A stretch of 64,000 nucleotides of DNA, taken from assembly GCA_024679065.1 (NCBI GenBank), contig JAGIQG010000043.1, positions 2,108,001 to 2,172,000 of the forward strand, given 5' to 3'. Position 1 is the stretch's first letter, and each line of letters begins with the position of its first letter. Positions 49,001-63,016 of this stretch are shown here, one piece after another. A program made the position numbers and the translations under genes. The stretch comes from Sphyrna mokarran. Taxonomy: Eukaryota. The notes under the pieces were generated by a model. The model did no database searches and was not told the DNA's origin. It was given only the letters and a program-made list of their open reading frames with translations.

Positions 49001-51239
49001 TCTGTTCTATATAAACATAAAAATTATGTGACATGCCAGGTCCGAAAGAATTTGATTCCCCCTTGGCTGGAAAATATGCCACATAACCTTAGGGTAAAGA
49101 AATTGCCATTTCAGAATCAGAGGAAAAGAATTTTCTGCGCCGAGAAGATAATGGATCTTTGGGATCTACCCAAGTGACCTGTCGATGTCCAGTAACTCAT
49201 AACCCGGTCCCTGGTGCAGTGAGACAGCGGTGCTCTCCACTGTGTCACCGTGCCGCACAGGAACTTAGACAATGGAGTAAAAGTTAATGGCGACTGGCAG
49301 AAGCAGGATCAATGAATTTAATGCTGTTACTGGAAAATAGGAGCTCAAAGTATGGATCAAACACCTAGACTCCAAATTCAAATGTTAAAATTCAAAACAC
49401 ATTGTGTAAAAAGTATTTTGAATGGGAATAATTCACTCTGTTATGAAACAAGAAACGAGTTAGTATTTTTAAGTCACGAATATTAAAGGAGCATTTATTC
49501 AGATGTCTCAATCACACATTCCAGTAGAATCAGCCGCTTTAGTGAAATAGAGCCCTAATTAGGATTCTGTTTAGAACATGGTTTTCTGTGGTACTTACTG
49601 CAAAGAGTCAACATGCACCACTCTAACAGGACGAAAACACTTATAAACTGCCGTTGGGTCAAATTTTTCATTTTTGGGAGACTGTCATACGACAGTTGAT
49701 CCAATAAGAATATTGAAACAGCAAATTCAATGTTCTAATTTCTCTACAAGGCCCTGTAGCCATTATTCCGCCGGGGAACGTTCAAAAAAATGAGGAGGAA
49801 CAGAGCTTGGAGCTTCATCCACACATCTTAAGGTGAAGGCCCTGTTTGAACGAATTCGTGCCACAACAGGTTTGGGAGGTGAACAATTTGAGCGCTCCTG
49901 CCGGAAATGCTCTGCAAAAAAAGCTATGACTTTTAAAGTCAAGGAAAATAGTCGTGAGATTTTCAGCACAGAGCGGGGCTTGGCAGCAGATAGAGAAAGA
50001 CAGAGAGGCGTTGGCTGTGGCCACGCTTGCATGGTGTTACCTTAAGACAGACGCGTCGCTCACAGCCCTTTCAGGGCCTATGCAAAAGCAGCAATCGCTA
50101 GTTGAGATTCTGACCACGTTGAGACAGAAAGTTGTCCGAGACTACAGCGCAATGTGGTTTTTCGTTTGTTTACAGTTGAGGTGCTACACCTATCCAACTG
50201 CCTCTGGAGATCAGAAGCTGAGACACAATGTAAAACCGCAGACAGTTGGGCATTCGAGATAGATGTAGCAGCACAGAGAAACTGCTGGTTTATAATTAAG
50301 CCATATTACAGGAAACTATTCAAAAGAATATTTGTCACAATTTGGAAGCATTGCTACTGTTGATTACAATTTGCAGAAACCCCCTCTGATTCACAACAGA
50401 CGCACTCATTTCATCTGCAGGTCAGAGGAACTGCAGTTTTTACATTCTATGCTTGAGGAGCAAATCCCTAAGATTTCCAACACAATTTCAATCAAATTAC
50501 ATATAATTCATAGAATATTTTCACTTCTCTTTTTTCGGCAGGAATCATGTGCAATCTCTTTAAAGAATGAATTAGATTGAACACAATTACATTACAGCAT
50601 GCTGGCACATCTGTTAGCAGTGCTGCCCCACAGCGCCTGGGATCTGGCTTCGATTCCTGCCTTGGGTCACTGACTGCTGGAGTCTGAATGTTCTCCTCAT
50701 GTCTGCGCAGGCTTCCTCTGAGTGCTCGGTTTTCCTCTCACGGACTGAAAATGTGCAGTTCTCGTGGATTGGTCCTATTAAATTGCCTCTTCGTGTCCAA
50801 GGACGCATCGTTTAGTCTGATTAGCTATGTAAATTATCCCTTAGTGTGCAAACATGTGCAGGGTAGGTGGATTGACCATACCTAATTGCCCTTTAGTGCT
50901 TTTCGATGTGCTGGATAGAAGGATTGGTGATGCTAAATTCATAGAATAGGATCATAGAACACGTGTAATGTAGATTTCCCCCTTCGTGTCCCGAGGTGCG
51001 TAGGTCAAATGGATGTTCCGCAGCTTCTAAGGTAACCTCGTTATTCTGGTATTCCAGTTAATCTGTCTCTGTCGTCTGGAGGTAGAACTGTCAGTGTTTG
51101 TTTATGAACTGGCAAGAATACTGAGTATGATCAGAGACTGCCTACAATGCAGATAGAAGCACTAATTTACCCAGATCCACATCACCCACCTTATCCCCAT
51201 AATAACGCACAATAAACTCGACTAATCCACCTAACCTAT

Positions 51240-51770
51240 ACATCGTTGGCACTAAGGGGTAATTTAGCACGGCCAAGCCACCTAACCCGCACATCTTTGG
51301 ACACTGAGGAGCAATTTAGCATGGCCAATCCACCTAATTTGCACATCTTTAGACATAAAGGAACAATTTAGCACGGACAATCCACCTAATCAACACATCA
51401 TTGGACACTAAGGGGCAATTTGGCATGGCTAATCCACCTAACCTGCACATTTCGGACACTATTGTGTAATTTAGCATGGCCAAAGCCACCTAATTTGCAC
51501 ATTTTTAGACAGTAAGGGACAATTTAGCACGGCCAATCCACATATTCTGCACATAATTAGACAACAAGGGGCAATTTGGCATGGCCAATCCACCTAACCT
51601 GCACATTTTGGACACTAATGTGCAATTTAGCATGGCCAATCCACCTAATTTACACATCTTTAGACAGTAAGGGACAATTTAGCAAGGCTAATCCGCCTAA
51701 TCTACACATATTTAGACACTAAAGGGCAATTTGGCACGGCCAATCCACCCTAACCTGCACATCTTTGGAC
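51240..51770 (-). repeat. ~52-bp SINE-core minisatellite, about 10 copies
   Basis: Unit GACACTAAGGGGCAATTTAGCATGGCCAATCCACCTAACCTGCACATCTTTG repeated head to tail without spacers. Confidence 0.9.
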
Positions 51771-52814
51771 ATCATCATTTTCGAAAGAACAATGCACTCT
51801 GCTCTTGCTAAGGAATTCACATACCGCAAATGAATTGAAATTTAGCTGAAATACAAAATATATCACCACAGAATAAATGCACTGTAACACTCCCTGAAGA
51901 CATGCTGTCTGTTCATGGCTGTGACGCACAGTCGATGACCACACTGTGTCAAGTGAATGTGGAATTCACCAGCACACCACACCAAACTTGTGTCAGACTT
52001 TCCATTGCACAACCCGTCATAATTTCCACTGTATCTGAAAGAGACAAAGCTCTCTGGGTTTGAGCTCACGTCAACCTGCAGCCATTAACCCTACAGAAAC
52101 AAACAGGTCCACAAAACATGTAGAAATAGCACGTAAAGATATCGAAAGAATTATTATATACAAGACTCATTTTATTGCTGTTGCAGGTTTATGGTGAGTA
52201 AAAGAGGATAATAACTAACAGGTAGAATAAGTGTTCAGACATTAAAAACTGTGACCCCACGTTCGGAAGAAAGGTTCATGCGAGTTTGGTTTGTTTTCAT
52301 CACATATATGTTCAGTAAAGGTTCAGTAATACCCTTCAGGGAAGGACATTTCTCTTCCTTGTTTGGTTTGCCTGACATGTGGACTCCAGAGCCACAGTAA
52401 TCTGATTTGGCTTGTACCGGTGTCTGTGGGAGTTTGCACATTCTGCCCGTGCTTACGTGGGTTTTTTCTGGGTGCTCGGTTTCCTCCCACACCCCAAAAA
52501 CATGCTCTTTGGTTAATTGGTGTTAACAAATTGTCCCTAAATTAGATCTTCCTTAATCTGGTGCGCATAAATTCTCTAAATTTGCACACTTTTTTTTGTA
52601 GAGTCGAAGAATCGTAGACAAAAGTCATGAGTAGAAGAAGATCGGAATGAGGCACTGACTGAATGTTAAAATGGCGGCGCGGGCTTGAAGGGACGAAAGG
52701 CCTGTTTCCTGTGCTGAATGGTTCTTCGTTCTTTGATCTTTGATTTCGAACGGCCCTCCAAAAGCAATGATGGGCAATAAATGCTGGCCCAAACAGCAGC
52801 GTCCATGTCTCAAA

Positions 52815-53465
52815 AGAGGGTGGGTGGGGATATGGAACGCGTTGCCAAATAAAGTTGTGGAAGCAGGCACTCTGAAGTTCTTTAAGAGAAACTTAGATGG
52901 GCACATGAACAGAATGGGAATGGAGCGATATAGAAAACTGATTTAAAATAGGGATTACGAGCCTTGGGATTCCCTGGGAAATGTGTAAATAGTCGATATA
53001 TTGATGTACTTGTTTTTATCCTATAGTTACTTTCGTCCGCCTTGTTTCTAACAAGGGGCATACACGCGGTGGGTCGTGAGAGGGCTGCTCATGGATTTTT
53101 TGCGAGAGTATGCTAGTGCTTCACGTCGGTAGTGTACGCTTGACCTGGGCCATTTGAAGGGCAACACGACAGCTCAGTGACTATCGCTGTGCTGTACAGA
53201 TACATGGATTTGGGCCTGCGTCTGTGGGAGTTTGCACATTGTCCCCGTGCTTGCGTGGGTTTCCTCCGGGTGCTCCGGTTTCATCCCACATCCCAAGGAT
53301 ATGCTCTTAGGCTGATTGGCAGAACAAATTCTCACTAAATTGTCTCAAATTTGGTTCCAATGCATAGATCTATAAACATAGAGAGGGATCGTGGGTAGAA
53401 GTGGGAACATCGGGGTGGTGGCACAGGCTCATTGGGCCAAAGGGCCTGTTTCCCATGCTGTTTTG
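52815..53465 (+). mobile_element. CR1 3' end with long 3'UTR
   Basis: WNALPNKVVEAGTL..FK..LDGHMNRMGME.YRKLI* followed by the same 3'UTR as the 27935 and 34877 copies. Confidence 0.85.
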
Positions 53466-55639
53466 AACCCAACATCCCTGTTGAGGCTGTCCTCATGCAT
53501 TGGGAGCTTGGCTATGAGTTTGTGCTCGGCGAGTATGCATTTTCTTCTGTCTTGAAGACCGCCTTGGAGAACGCTTATCCATCGCTATACCTCTCTCCAC
53601 ACACATTGTCTGTACCTGTACAGACTTGATTATCTGTAAAGACTCACCATCCAGCCATTATCTTGCAAATGTGTCTTTATCTATGTAGGCTGTGCTTGTG
53701 AACCCACCTTCTCGCTCACCTGAGAAAGTAGCAGTGCTTCAAAACCTCCTGATTCCAAATAAATCTGCTGTGCATTAACCCGGTATTGTGAAATTTCTTC
53801 CTGTTGCCTCGTACAATAATGAAAATTCATTTCAATGACAACATTTTTATCATTGTATTATGCAGTTACCAAACTGATAGAATGCAATCTTTATGGAGTT
53901 TTGCAATTTTTTTCTGTTTTATAATTCAGATGTCCAAAGCTGTGCAGGTTAGGATGATTAGCAATGCTAAGAAATTGCCCCTTAGTGTCCAGGGATGCGT
54001 AGGTTAGAATATTAGTGGATATAACATGTAGGGATATGGGGGTAGGGCTTGGGTGGGATTGTGTTTGGTGCAGAATCGATGGGCCAAAGGGCCTCTTTCT
54101 GCACTGTAGGCTTCTATGATTCTATGTTACTAATTCTAAGTTTGTGAAGCTTTACAAGAAAGATTCCAGTACCGATGAAGGGTTTCTCTGCACCTGGTTA
54201 AACTGCATCGGACTCACGTCTGTCTAGTTGTTTAGTCTTCAATCAAGAGAAACAACCAAATTTGGTTCAAATAGAACATTTTAGTTTCAGCTATTACGTA
54301 AGTTCCATCTCCTAGACAAAATGTGTTGCCGATTTAATGGGTCTCCCATTTGATTGTCCCATTCTGGTTGATATGAATTTTGATTATATTATAAATATAA
54401 ATGCTGGAGAAACTCAGCGGCTTTGGCAGATCCGTGGAGACAGAAACGCAGTTTCACAGACATTCTCTCCCTCCACCATGACGCTGATTGTATAACAATA
54501 ATTCACCAATGATCCTTCGACAGCACCTTCCAAACCCACGATCACTGCCTTGTAGAATGACAAAAGCAGCTTATGTATGAGAACACCAACATCTGCATGC
54601 TCCCCTTCGAACCACTCACCATCCTGTATAATTAAAAGCCGTTGTTGTCAAAAAAAAGTTGGAAACATATTGGCCGTCACGAGGACAACATCCTGGAATT
54701 CTTTCCCTAACGGCCTTTTTGTCAACCCATAGTCGGTGGACTGAAGTCTTTCAAAAAGGCAGCTCGCTTCATTAGGGCAACTAAGGATGAAAAACGAATT
54801 CTGAACATCCAGCGATCCCCATGTCCCAGTAATGAATTAAAAAAGATGAACATTTTAGATTCATGTGAGTTGTGCAGAATTTGAACTCTGGTGTTGGGTT
54901 CTCTGAAGAACATCTCAGTTTCGCATGAAGATACTGGGGTTAAAAAGGGATACATTGCGAGAGCACGTTACACAGAGTAATCTTATTCCTTCCAGCAGAT
55001 AAGATTATGAGATGGTCTATTCGCCGTGTTTAAGTTTGAAAAATAATTTGATGGGTTAATGGAGGGAAACTGTTTCCTCTGCCGGGGGCGGAGTCGGGGG
55101 TGGGTCCATAACATTGGGTCAGAGCTTTTAAATTACTGCCAGACAGTTTAGGGGTGATGTCAGAGTGCACTTTCCCAGTGTGCCCTGGTACTCTGGATCA
55201 CTGTCCCCCAGGAAGATCTGGATGCAGGGATAAATGTCATTTTGTTGGATTATGTTACAGAACCCAGTGTTCAATTCCCACTCCGACACACGGCAAAAGA
55301 TAAATACAACACGAAAAATTTGGAATTAAATTCGAATGTATAATTAAAAGCCGTTGTTGTAAAAAAGCCCGTGTTGAAAAATGACTTGGCAAGTCACTCA
55401 GTTAGTTCAAGGGTAAATAAGGACGGCCAATACGGGGGTGACGCCCCCGTCCCATGAATGAACTAATTGAAGAAATAGTGAAGTTTATCCCTTGGAAAGA
55501 AAACGGCCTCAAGCTTCTAATGTTTGCAATACCGAAATTGTAATTGAAATACATCATCACCTCAATGAAACGTCCTTTGAATTTCACTTAAATAATGAAC
55601 TGTTTATTTTATTCAGAAGGCCAGTGTCATTTACATCCT

Positions 55640-56020
55640 CAAATGGATCCATTGATGATTTTATCTATGCTTCTCGCTATCTCCGAAAAATAGCGAAGTT
55701 ATTCAGGGACCCCAATTACCCCGGACAAACTCTCTTCCACCTACTTCCGTCAGTAAAAAAATATACAGAAGTCTGAGATCATATACCAACCAACTTAAGA
55801 ACAGCTGCTTCCCTGCTGCCAACACACTTTTGAATGAACATACCATTATTAAGTGCTCTTACTCTACACCTGTGACTGTAACAATACATTCTGCACCCTC
55901 TCCTATCCTTCTCCCCTATGTACTCTCTGAAATGCATGTTTTGTCCACAAGAAACAATAATTTTCGGTGTATCCCAATCCATGAAACAATAATAAATCAA
56001 ATCAAACCAAATTAAATCAA
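55640..56020 (+). mobile_element. Rex1/Babar-type LINE 3' fragment
   Basis: SRYLRK....FRDPNYPGQTLFHLLPS remnant, AAGAACAGC.TCTTCCCTGCTGC motif and (AAATC)n tail; similar pieces at ~5300-5650, ~23985-24370 and ~57575-57832. Confidence 0.65.
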
Positions 56021-56243
56021 GCATTTCGAAAAAAACAATTTTCACCTCCCATGATCTCTTCATTTCAAAATGCACCATTATTTCCAGGACAACAGGCCTC
56101 TGTCACAGTGTTTGTAATGTACATCAACCTCTTCCGACTCACACTCTACCCATCCCCCCTCAACATGCTCTATTGTTATCTCCCTCCTGTGTTGATCCAA
56201 TTTCCACCTAAATGAGTATCTGATATTCAACTAATCCAAGCCG

Positions 56244-57155
56244 GTTACAAGTGGTGTACCTCAGGGGTCTGTTTTGGGGCCCCTGCTGTTTGTAATTTTT
56301 ATAAATGATCTGGATGAGGGTATTGAAGGATGGATTAGTAAATTTGCAGATGACACTAAAGTCGGTGGAGTGGTAGATAGTGAAGAGGGGTGTTATAGTT
56401 TGCAGAGAGACTTGGACAAGTTGCAGAGCTGGGCCGAGAGGTGGCAAATGGAGTTTAATGTGGAAAAGTGTGAGGTAATGCACTTTGGCAGGAATAATAA
56501 ATGTGTAGAGTATAGGGCTAATGGTAGGATTCTTAATAGTGTTGATGAACAGAGGGATCTTGGTGTATTTGTGCATAGATCCCTGAAAGTAGGCAGTCAA
56601 GTCGATAAGGTTGTTAAGAAGGCATACGGAGTCTTAGCTTTTATTGGTAGGGGTATTGAATTTCGGAGCCGCAACGTCATGTTGCAACTGTACAAAACTC
56701 TAGTGCGGCCGCACTTGGAGTATTGTGTGCAGTTCTGGTCCCCACATTATAAGAAAGATGTGGAGGCATTGGAGAGGGTACAGAGGAGGTTTACCAGGAT
56801 GTTGCCTGGTATGGAGGGCAGGTCTTATGAAGAGAGTCTGAGTGATTTGAGGTTGTTTTCGTTAGAAAGGAGGCGGCTAAGAGGAGACCTTATCGAAACA
56901 TATAAGATGATTAGAGGTTTAGATAGGGTGGACAGTGATACCCAGAGGGTGGTTAGGGAGTGGAATGCCCTGTCTGCGGCAGTTGTAGATGCGCCAAGTT
57001 TGGTGGCGTTTAAGAGGTTAGTTGATAAGTATATGGAAGAGAAGGGAATGGTTTAGTTTGGAGGGTCATTGCTTTTTTTTCATAATTGGTCGGCGCAACA
57101 TCGAAGGCCGAAGGGCCTGTTCTGCGCTGTAATGTTCTGTAATCTACGTTCTATG
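56244..57155 (+). mobile_element. 5'-truncated CR1 LINE (RT C-terminal half, internal deletion near 56940)
   Basis: SGVPQGSVLGPLLF...KFADD...HLEYCVQFWSPHY; very similar to 14245-15237. Confidence 0.92.
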
Positions 57156-58359
57156 GTGCAGGTTCCATTAGGCGTTAAGAAAGCCTAGCAGGCGATAAGC
57201 CGTCCTCCTTTGCTCTCTGTTATTGATAACGCAGCCAGAAACGAAATTTGACATGGCAATCCTTTGGGCAGACTCCACCAACGCCCCTGCTTTCTAACGA
57301 GGCAAAGGAAATTCGGCAAGTCCGCTTTGATTCTAATCAAATGTTAATAATGTAGCACAATAAAGCATCCTTTCTGGATGGTTCAGACCTTGGCCTGGCT
57401 CCTGTTCCTACCAAGATCGCAAGGCACTACTATCAAAGATTATGTATTAAGCCCAGTCCAATGCACAAAGTAACATCTTTTCCAAGGAAGCGGAAAACAC
57501 TTTTCCAAGACACTTTCCGCTGATTTGGAAAATCAGCCAGCAGAACCAAAGATCCTTTGTACCCTGGACGTATACTTTTCTACCTCCTTCTGTCGGAAAA
57601 AAAAGATACAAATGTCTGAGATCACCGGCCAAGTTTCTTCCCTGCTGCCGTCAGACTGTTGACCTCTATTATATTAAGTTCATCTTTCTCCGCACCCCAG
57701 CTACGACTGTAACATTACACTGTGCACTTTCCTTTCCTTCTCTATAAACGGTATGCTTTGGCTGCATAGCGTGCAAGAGACAATCCTTTTCACTGTGTAC
57801 AAACATATATGATAGTAATAAATCAAATCAAACATTCAGGCTTTCTTCAAATGAAGCGGAAACTGTTGAAACGATCTTAACTGCGTCATATCCCGGAAAC
57901 AGATCGTGAGATCTTAGTTGTCGATGCCCCGTTGCAGCCGTTTATACCAATAGATAACTCCCCCATGCCAACCAGCCCATGTGAAGGTGCACCTTGTATG
58001 TTCATCCAAGCGACAGAGTCCGGATTGCTGGGGTCTGTGGCAAAACTGCGTGAGATACAATACCTGAAAGAGACAAGGTTATCGCTGCATGTTCTGCTAC
58101 AGCAGGAAAGAGAACATCATTCCTCTGAAGAATTGGCAACAACAAAATATAACATACACCATCCTTTCATCAACAAATCACACTGAGTTCAAATGTTGAT
58201 GGTTAGATTTGAACCAATAACCCGTACAAAGGGTGAAGAGGAACAATGCACAAGCAATGAAGGGTAATATGTTTTGCTAATTGCAGCACAACAGTTGCGA
58301 TTACAAAGTTGGAAAGGAAAAAAAAAGCGAGGGCCGATGTGATACTGACCCAGCTAAGA

Positions 58360-58690
58360 GATCATAGAACCCTGTAGTGCAGAAAGAGGTCCTTCCACCT
58401 ATTGAGTCTGCACCGAACTCAACCCCACCCAGGCCCTACCCCCATGTATTATAACCACTAATCCTCTAACATACACATCACTAGACACTAAGGGACAATT
58501 TGTTAGCATGGCCAATCAACCTAACCTGCACATCTTTGGACTGTGGGAGGAAACCGGAGTACCAGAAGGCAACCCACGCTGATATGAGGAGAACGTGCAA
58601 ACTCCACTCAGATAGTGACCCGAGCCGGGAATCGAACCCAGGACCCTGGAGCTGTAGAAGCGGCAGTGCTAAACACTGTGCTACCACACC
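58360..58690 (-). mobile_element. Full-length HE1-like SINE
   Basis: Reverse complement starts GCGGTGTGGTAGCACAGTGTTTAGCACTGCCGCTTCTACAGCTCCAGGGTCCTGGGTTCGATTCCCGGC, then body, core and tail. Confidence 0.85.
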
Positions 58691-60209
58691 GCTTCAAATC
58701 ATGGATTTGGTTTGGGGAATAACCCACTTGAAAATGCGTGGAAAACCAGCAACAACACATCACCCCCTGCCATCATCATCCCCTCACTTCACAACCCACC
58801 CTCACACCACCCAAACCCAATCACCCTCTTGCGTTTATCAGTGGTACTAAATTGTCCCTTTGCGTGCAAAGATGCGTCAGTTAGATGATTTGGCTAAGGC
58901 AAATTTCCCCTATCTAACCAAAGATGAGTATATTAAATGGATGGTCCCTTAATGTCCAAAGGCATGCGATTAGATACAGATATGCAGATGGGGCCTGGGT
59001 GGAATTGTTGTCAGTGTTCGTTGGGTCAAATGACCTCCTTCTGCTCTGTAGGGATTCTACAATTCTATGATTCTGCTGATTGGTGCCTGAGGATCTTTTA
59101 CCTCCCAAAAGGGCAGATTGATTGTTCCTGTTGACCATCTCTTCTGAGATATTGGAGAATAGGGACACATAAGTGATTTTGAAGAATTAATTCCTTCAAC
59201 AGAAAATTGTTGCTAGTGTCATAATTAGGCTTGCATTTACACTTCCAATGAAGTTACAGTGAAAATCCCTTAGATCTTTTATCGTATTAGCACTTTCCTA
59301 TTTGATCTGTATTATCGCATCTCATGAGACCAGAGATCACAATTTTGACATCTTCCCCCTTTCATTGACCTAATAGTATTGCAGCCACATCCAATACTGA
59401 AGGTGGCGCTGTTCGCAGCCATTTCCTCCACACCAGTTAACTCTGATCAACACCAGCACAGCCACGTCAGGCGGTTCTGTTGACAAATACCACGTCTACA
59501 TGAGATGGCTCTGTTCACAGTCACTCCCAATTTAATGGTTTCTCTCAAAGAGTCACTACATCTACAGTTGGTGAATATATTCTAGCCCTTAGGCAATCCT
59601 CTTCACTGCCACTCTCTCTACGGTAGCTGAACGGTTCCATCGAATCCCTTTTACCATTTCCCTTCCTGGGATAAAAAATGCAAGCATCTCCACAGTCTTC
59701 ATACAACAGAAGATTCCATTCCTAGTGCCAAGATAGCAAATCGCTTTTGGGCACTTCTGACGGCCGTGATACCCTCCCGCTGTGGTTTTCCATTCATAAT
59801 TGTGCACAACATCCCTTCTTGGAAATGATGAGAATTTTCAAAGACTTACATACAAATTGCAGCCTGAATGTTCAATTCCTCTTCTGAGAAACGAATTGAA
59901 TATTTTTTTTACCAAATGACCCTCTCAATTCATCCTGTCAACTTCAATGTTTCAGAAACTGCTGTTCTCTATCTCTTCAATCTTTCATCCCCTTTAAGTT
60001 TTTAACCATATGCTTTATTGGTGCCTGAACTCTTCATAATGGAATGCATCACTTCGTTCTTCTGGGTTAATGTGGATCAGCCAAGTGGTTGGTTACGTTC
60101 GCCTGAAGTCAATAAGACCAGTTGACCATTAGTTGTAGGAGCAAAATTAGGCCATTTGGTCCAACGCGTCTGCTCCACCATCCGGTCATGGCTGATCAGT
60201 TTCTCATTC

Positions 60210-60525
60210 CATAGAAACCCTACAGTGCAGAAAGAGGCCACTCAGTCAATCGAGTCCGCACCAACAACAATCCCACCCAGGCCTGCTCCCCTATTTTATC
60301 CGCTAATCCCTCTCACCTAAGCATCACACGACTCAAAGGGACAATTTAGCTTGGCCAATCCATCTAACCAGCAATCTTTGGATTGTGGGGGGAAACCGGA
60401 GCACCGGGAGGAAACCCATGCAGACACGGGGAAAATGTGCTAACTCTGCCGACACAGAGACCCGAACTGGGAATCGAACCCAGGTCCCTGGAGCTGTGAA
60501 GCAATAGTGCTAACCACTATGCTCC
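60210..60525 (-). mobile_element. HE1-like SINE nested in an older CR1 3' fragment (~60130-60960)
   Basis: tRNA-like head (TAGTGGTTAGCACT...GGGTTCGATTCCC) and SINE body; CR1 3' sequence continues on both sides. Confidence 0.8.
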
Positions 60526-61597
60526 TGTTCCGAGCCATTCTCCCTCTTTTTCCCTGATATATTTGATACTCTTTCCAATCAAAAAACGCATCAATCTGTA
60601 TACTACCGTACTGCCCATTCTTCCGCCTTTCCCCTGTAACATTTGATTCTCCTACCAATCAAAAAAGCATCTATCTGTTAAATGCACTTAGGGTCCTGGC
60701 CTCCGGAGTCTTCTGCGGCAATGAATTTCACAGATTCACCAACCTCCGGCTGAAGTCATTACTCCTCATCTCAAATCTTAAGAATTGCCCCATTACTCTG
60801 AGGCGTGCCCTCGGATCCTAATCTTTCCTGCTAATGGAAGCATCTCCTCCACGTCCACTCTGTCCAGGCGTTTTAGTATTCTGCAAGTTTCAATGAGATT
60901 CCTCGCCAACCCTTCTAAACTCCATTGAGTAGAAACCCATTGTCCTCAAACGCCCCTCACATTATCCGATAGATGTACCCTTACAGTTGTCCCAGGATCC
61001 CTGTAAATCTCGCCTATCCTCTTTTCAATAAAGCATCCTTCAGCAATGTAGGGATGCTATGGATCTTAAACCTTCTCAATAAAGTTTTATCCTTCCAGTA
61101 ATGAGGTGACCTCAACTCCACACAGTATGTATGCTGTGGATACCTGAGTGAACCGCATTCAGCTCCACCCTCAGAACACCCACTCAGGCCGCTTTTCCCC
61201 TCAGACCTCGCACTCGGGTCCCCTTCACCCTCAGACCCACAACACAATACCCGTTTCCCTCACTCTTTCCAGTTCATTCCCTTGCCTGCTCAGACTTCCA
61301 ACTCAGCCTTCTTCTGGTCATGCGTCTTGGCACCACTGCTTCAGGGAGGGCACTGTATTCTTGGCACAGCTGTCACCTGCCACTATGCACCAGCATTGAT
61401 ATAATCACCTAAATAGGAAACGTTGGCATTTAGGAATCTGGGACACTTGCTGCATATCAGGTGGAGAACAACAAAGAAAGAGAAAGAAAATAAAAACGCA
61501 AGAACTAGCCCTTCGGCCCACCAAGCATGCGCGGATCATCGATCTAGAACAACCACCTCTGTTCATTGACTACCATCCTGTTGATGTGCCTCCCCGG

Positions 61598-61742
61598 ATA
61601 GATAGACAGATAGATAGATAGAGACAGAAAGACAGAGAGGGAAAGAGAGAGAGAGAGAGAGACGCTGACTGAATGGAGCGAGCGAGAGAGACAGAAAGAC
61701 AGAGAGAGGGAGAGAAAGACAGAAAGAGAGATGGTGAGAGAT
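61598..61742. repeat. (GATA)n/(GA)n compound microsatellite
   Basis: Visible directly in the sequence. Confidence 0.9.
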
Positions 61743-63016
61743 AATTTTCAATCCTACCAATCATTGAACTCTAACATCTTCCCTTATTCCAATGTGATTC
61801 AGTGGTTGGAGGGAGGCTAATCTTCAGTATTCCCTCACTGTTCACATGTATTACAGCAGTTTCTATCCCCACCATGCAACTTTTACGGTGAGTCCTTTGC
61901 CCCTTGTCCTCCCTAATTGTACCATGCCCTCCTGTACCCATCATTCCTGCCTTCACACGATCCTAGATTTGTGGGAATTGGCAAAGGCCAAAGTTTTCCT
62001 TCAGTCAGAGAAGTGAATCTCCGGGGAAGTTGGGCTGCAGTGAGTGAGTGACACTGGCATTGTTTAGAATCTGAACTTCCAGCACGCTCTTTGCGAAGTC
62101 CGAGCAAATTTCCTGGGGCGTTAATGTCATCCAGTGAGATCTGGAGATGAAAGGAAAGAACAGCCGGTATGAGGGGATAGCGAGCATCGTTCTTTTTGCA
62201 GCTTCCCTGTGTGTCACAGGACTGCAGCAGGTTTAAATATGGATTACTTGGAAATATTTCTTCCAGCTGCTGCTGGGGATCCTGACCCTTGCGTGAACTC
62301 ACCCTTCCCATTCCTTTCCCTGATCTGGTGCGGGACTGTGAATGAAGGGACTTCCAGGAAGTGTTCCAACATCCAATACACAGTTAGAATTTGATGGGTG
62401 TGGCGGTAGTTTTCCTTAAAAAAAGTTTTTTTTTTATTTGAATCATGATCTCTGCAGATCTCACCGTTAGTTTTTCTCAGCTCATAGCCTGAGATGATGT
62501 CATTGGTAGGAAGAGAAAAAAAGTGTGCCAATCAGGTGAGGAAGTTTGGTTTTAAGTTGTTTTGGCCGCTGCGTCATAAGCAGAGCCTCATGAAGTCTCT
62601 CTGTCTTCTGTTTTATTTTATTTATTGGTCAATAGAAACATTTGATGCAGCGTTATAATCGAAGAAAAAATGATTTTATTTACATAAAGGAATGTTCAAA
62701 CAATTAACAATCTCACCAGTCACTGGAGTTCCACAATATGCCATTGAAGATTTTGAAAAAAAAACAAGGAATTACTTAGTGTGTTACTTCACACTTGTAT
62801 GGCCTTAATACTGTAAAATATCTTTCACAAAGCTGATGAAACTCGTTATACGTTTGACAAAATGAGTCAGTCTTTCTAATCTGTGGCCAGTATGCGAGGA
62901 ACATTTAGCAGTTTGACGGGGATGTACTTGCTCCCATGTTGATATCCACAGGGCAGAACACACATTAGTAATCCCAGTCTCGTGTATAATACATCACAGA
63001 CAAAACACACAGATTC

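Larger units (their letters stand above)
39720..50996 (-). repeat. Right arm of the inverted segmental duplication (contains gene B)
   Basis: Reverse complement of 1-11070 with arm-specific indels (extra ~48480-50190 here; extra 451-986 and ~4820-5670 in the left arm). Confidence 0.92.

Noticed and set aside
51240-51770. Regularly spaced repeats resembling a CRISPR array (also 7040-7500 and 8320-8860)
   Set aside because: Head-to-tail degenerate units with no unique spacers, derived from SINE/LINE sequence in a vertebrate genome; no cas genes.
51880-52100. Minus-strand segment encoding ..YSGNYDGL.. as an ITAM-like exon
   Set aside because: Single YxxL with no second half and no linked exons; likely chance.
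58600-58690. tRNA-like sequences (A/B boxes, GGTTCGATTCC)
   Set aside because: They are heads of tRNA-derived SINEs that continue into the SINE body and tail, not tRNA genes.
62005-62490. Possible minus-strand exons with good-looking splice sites (GTGAGT at ~62300, ctccag at ~62141)
   Set aside because: No recognisable protein motif, one implied intron would be only ~50 nt, and the region lies 3' of the putative stop at 63017.
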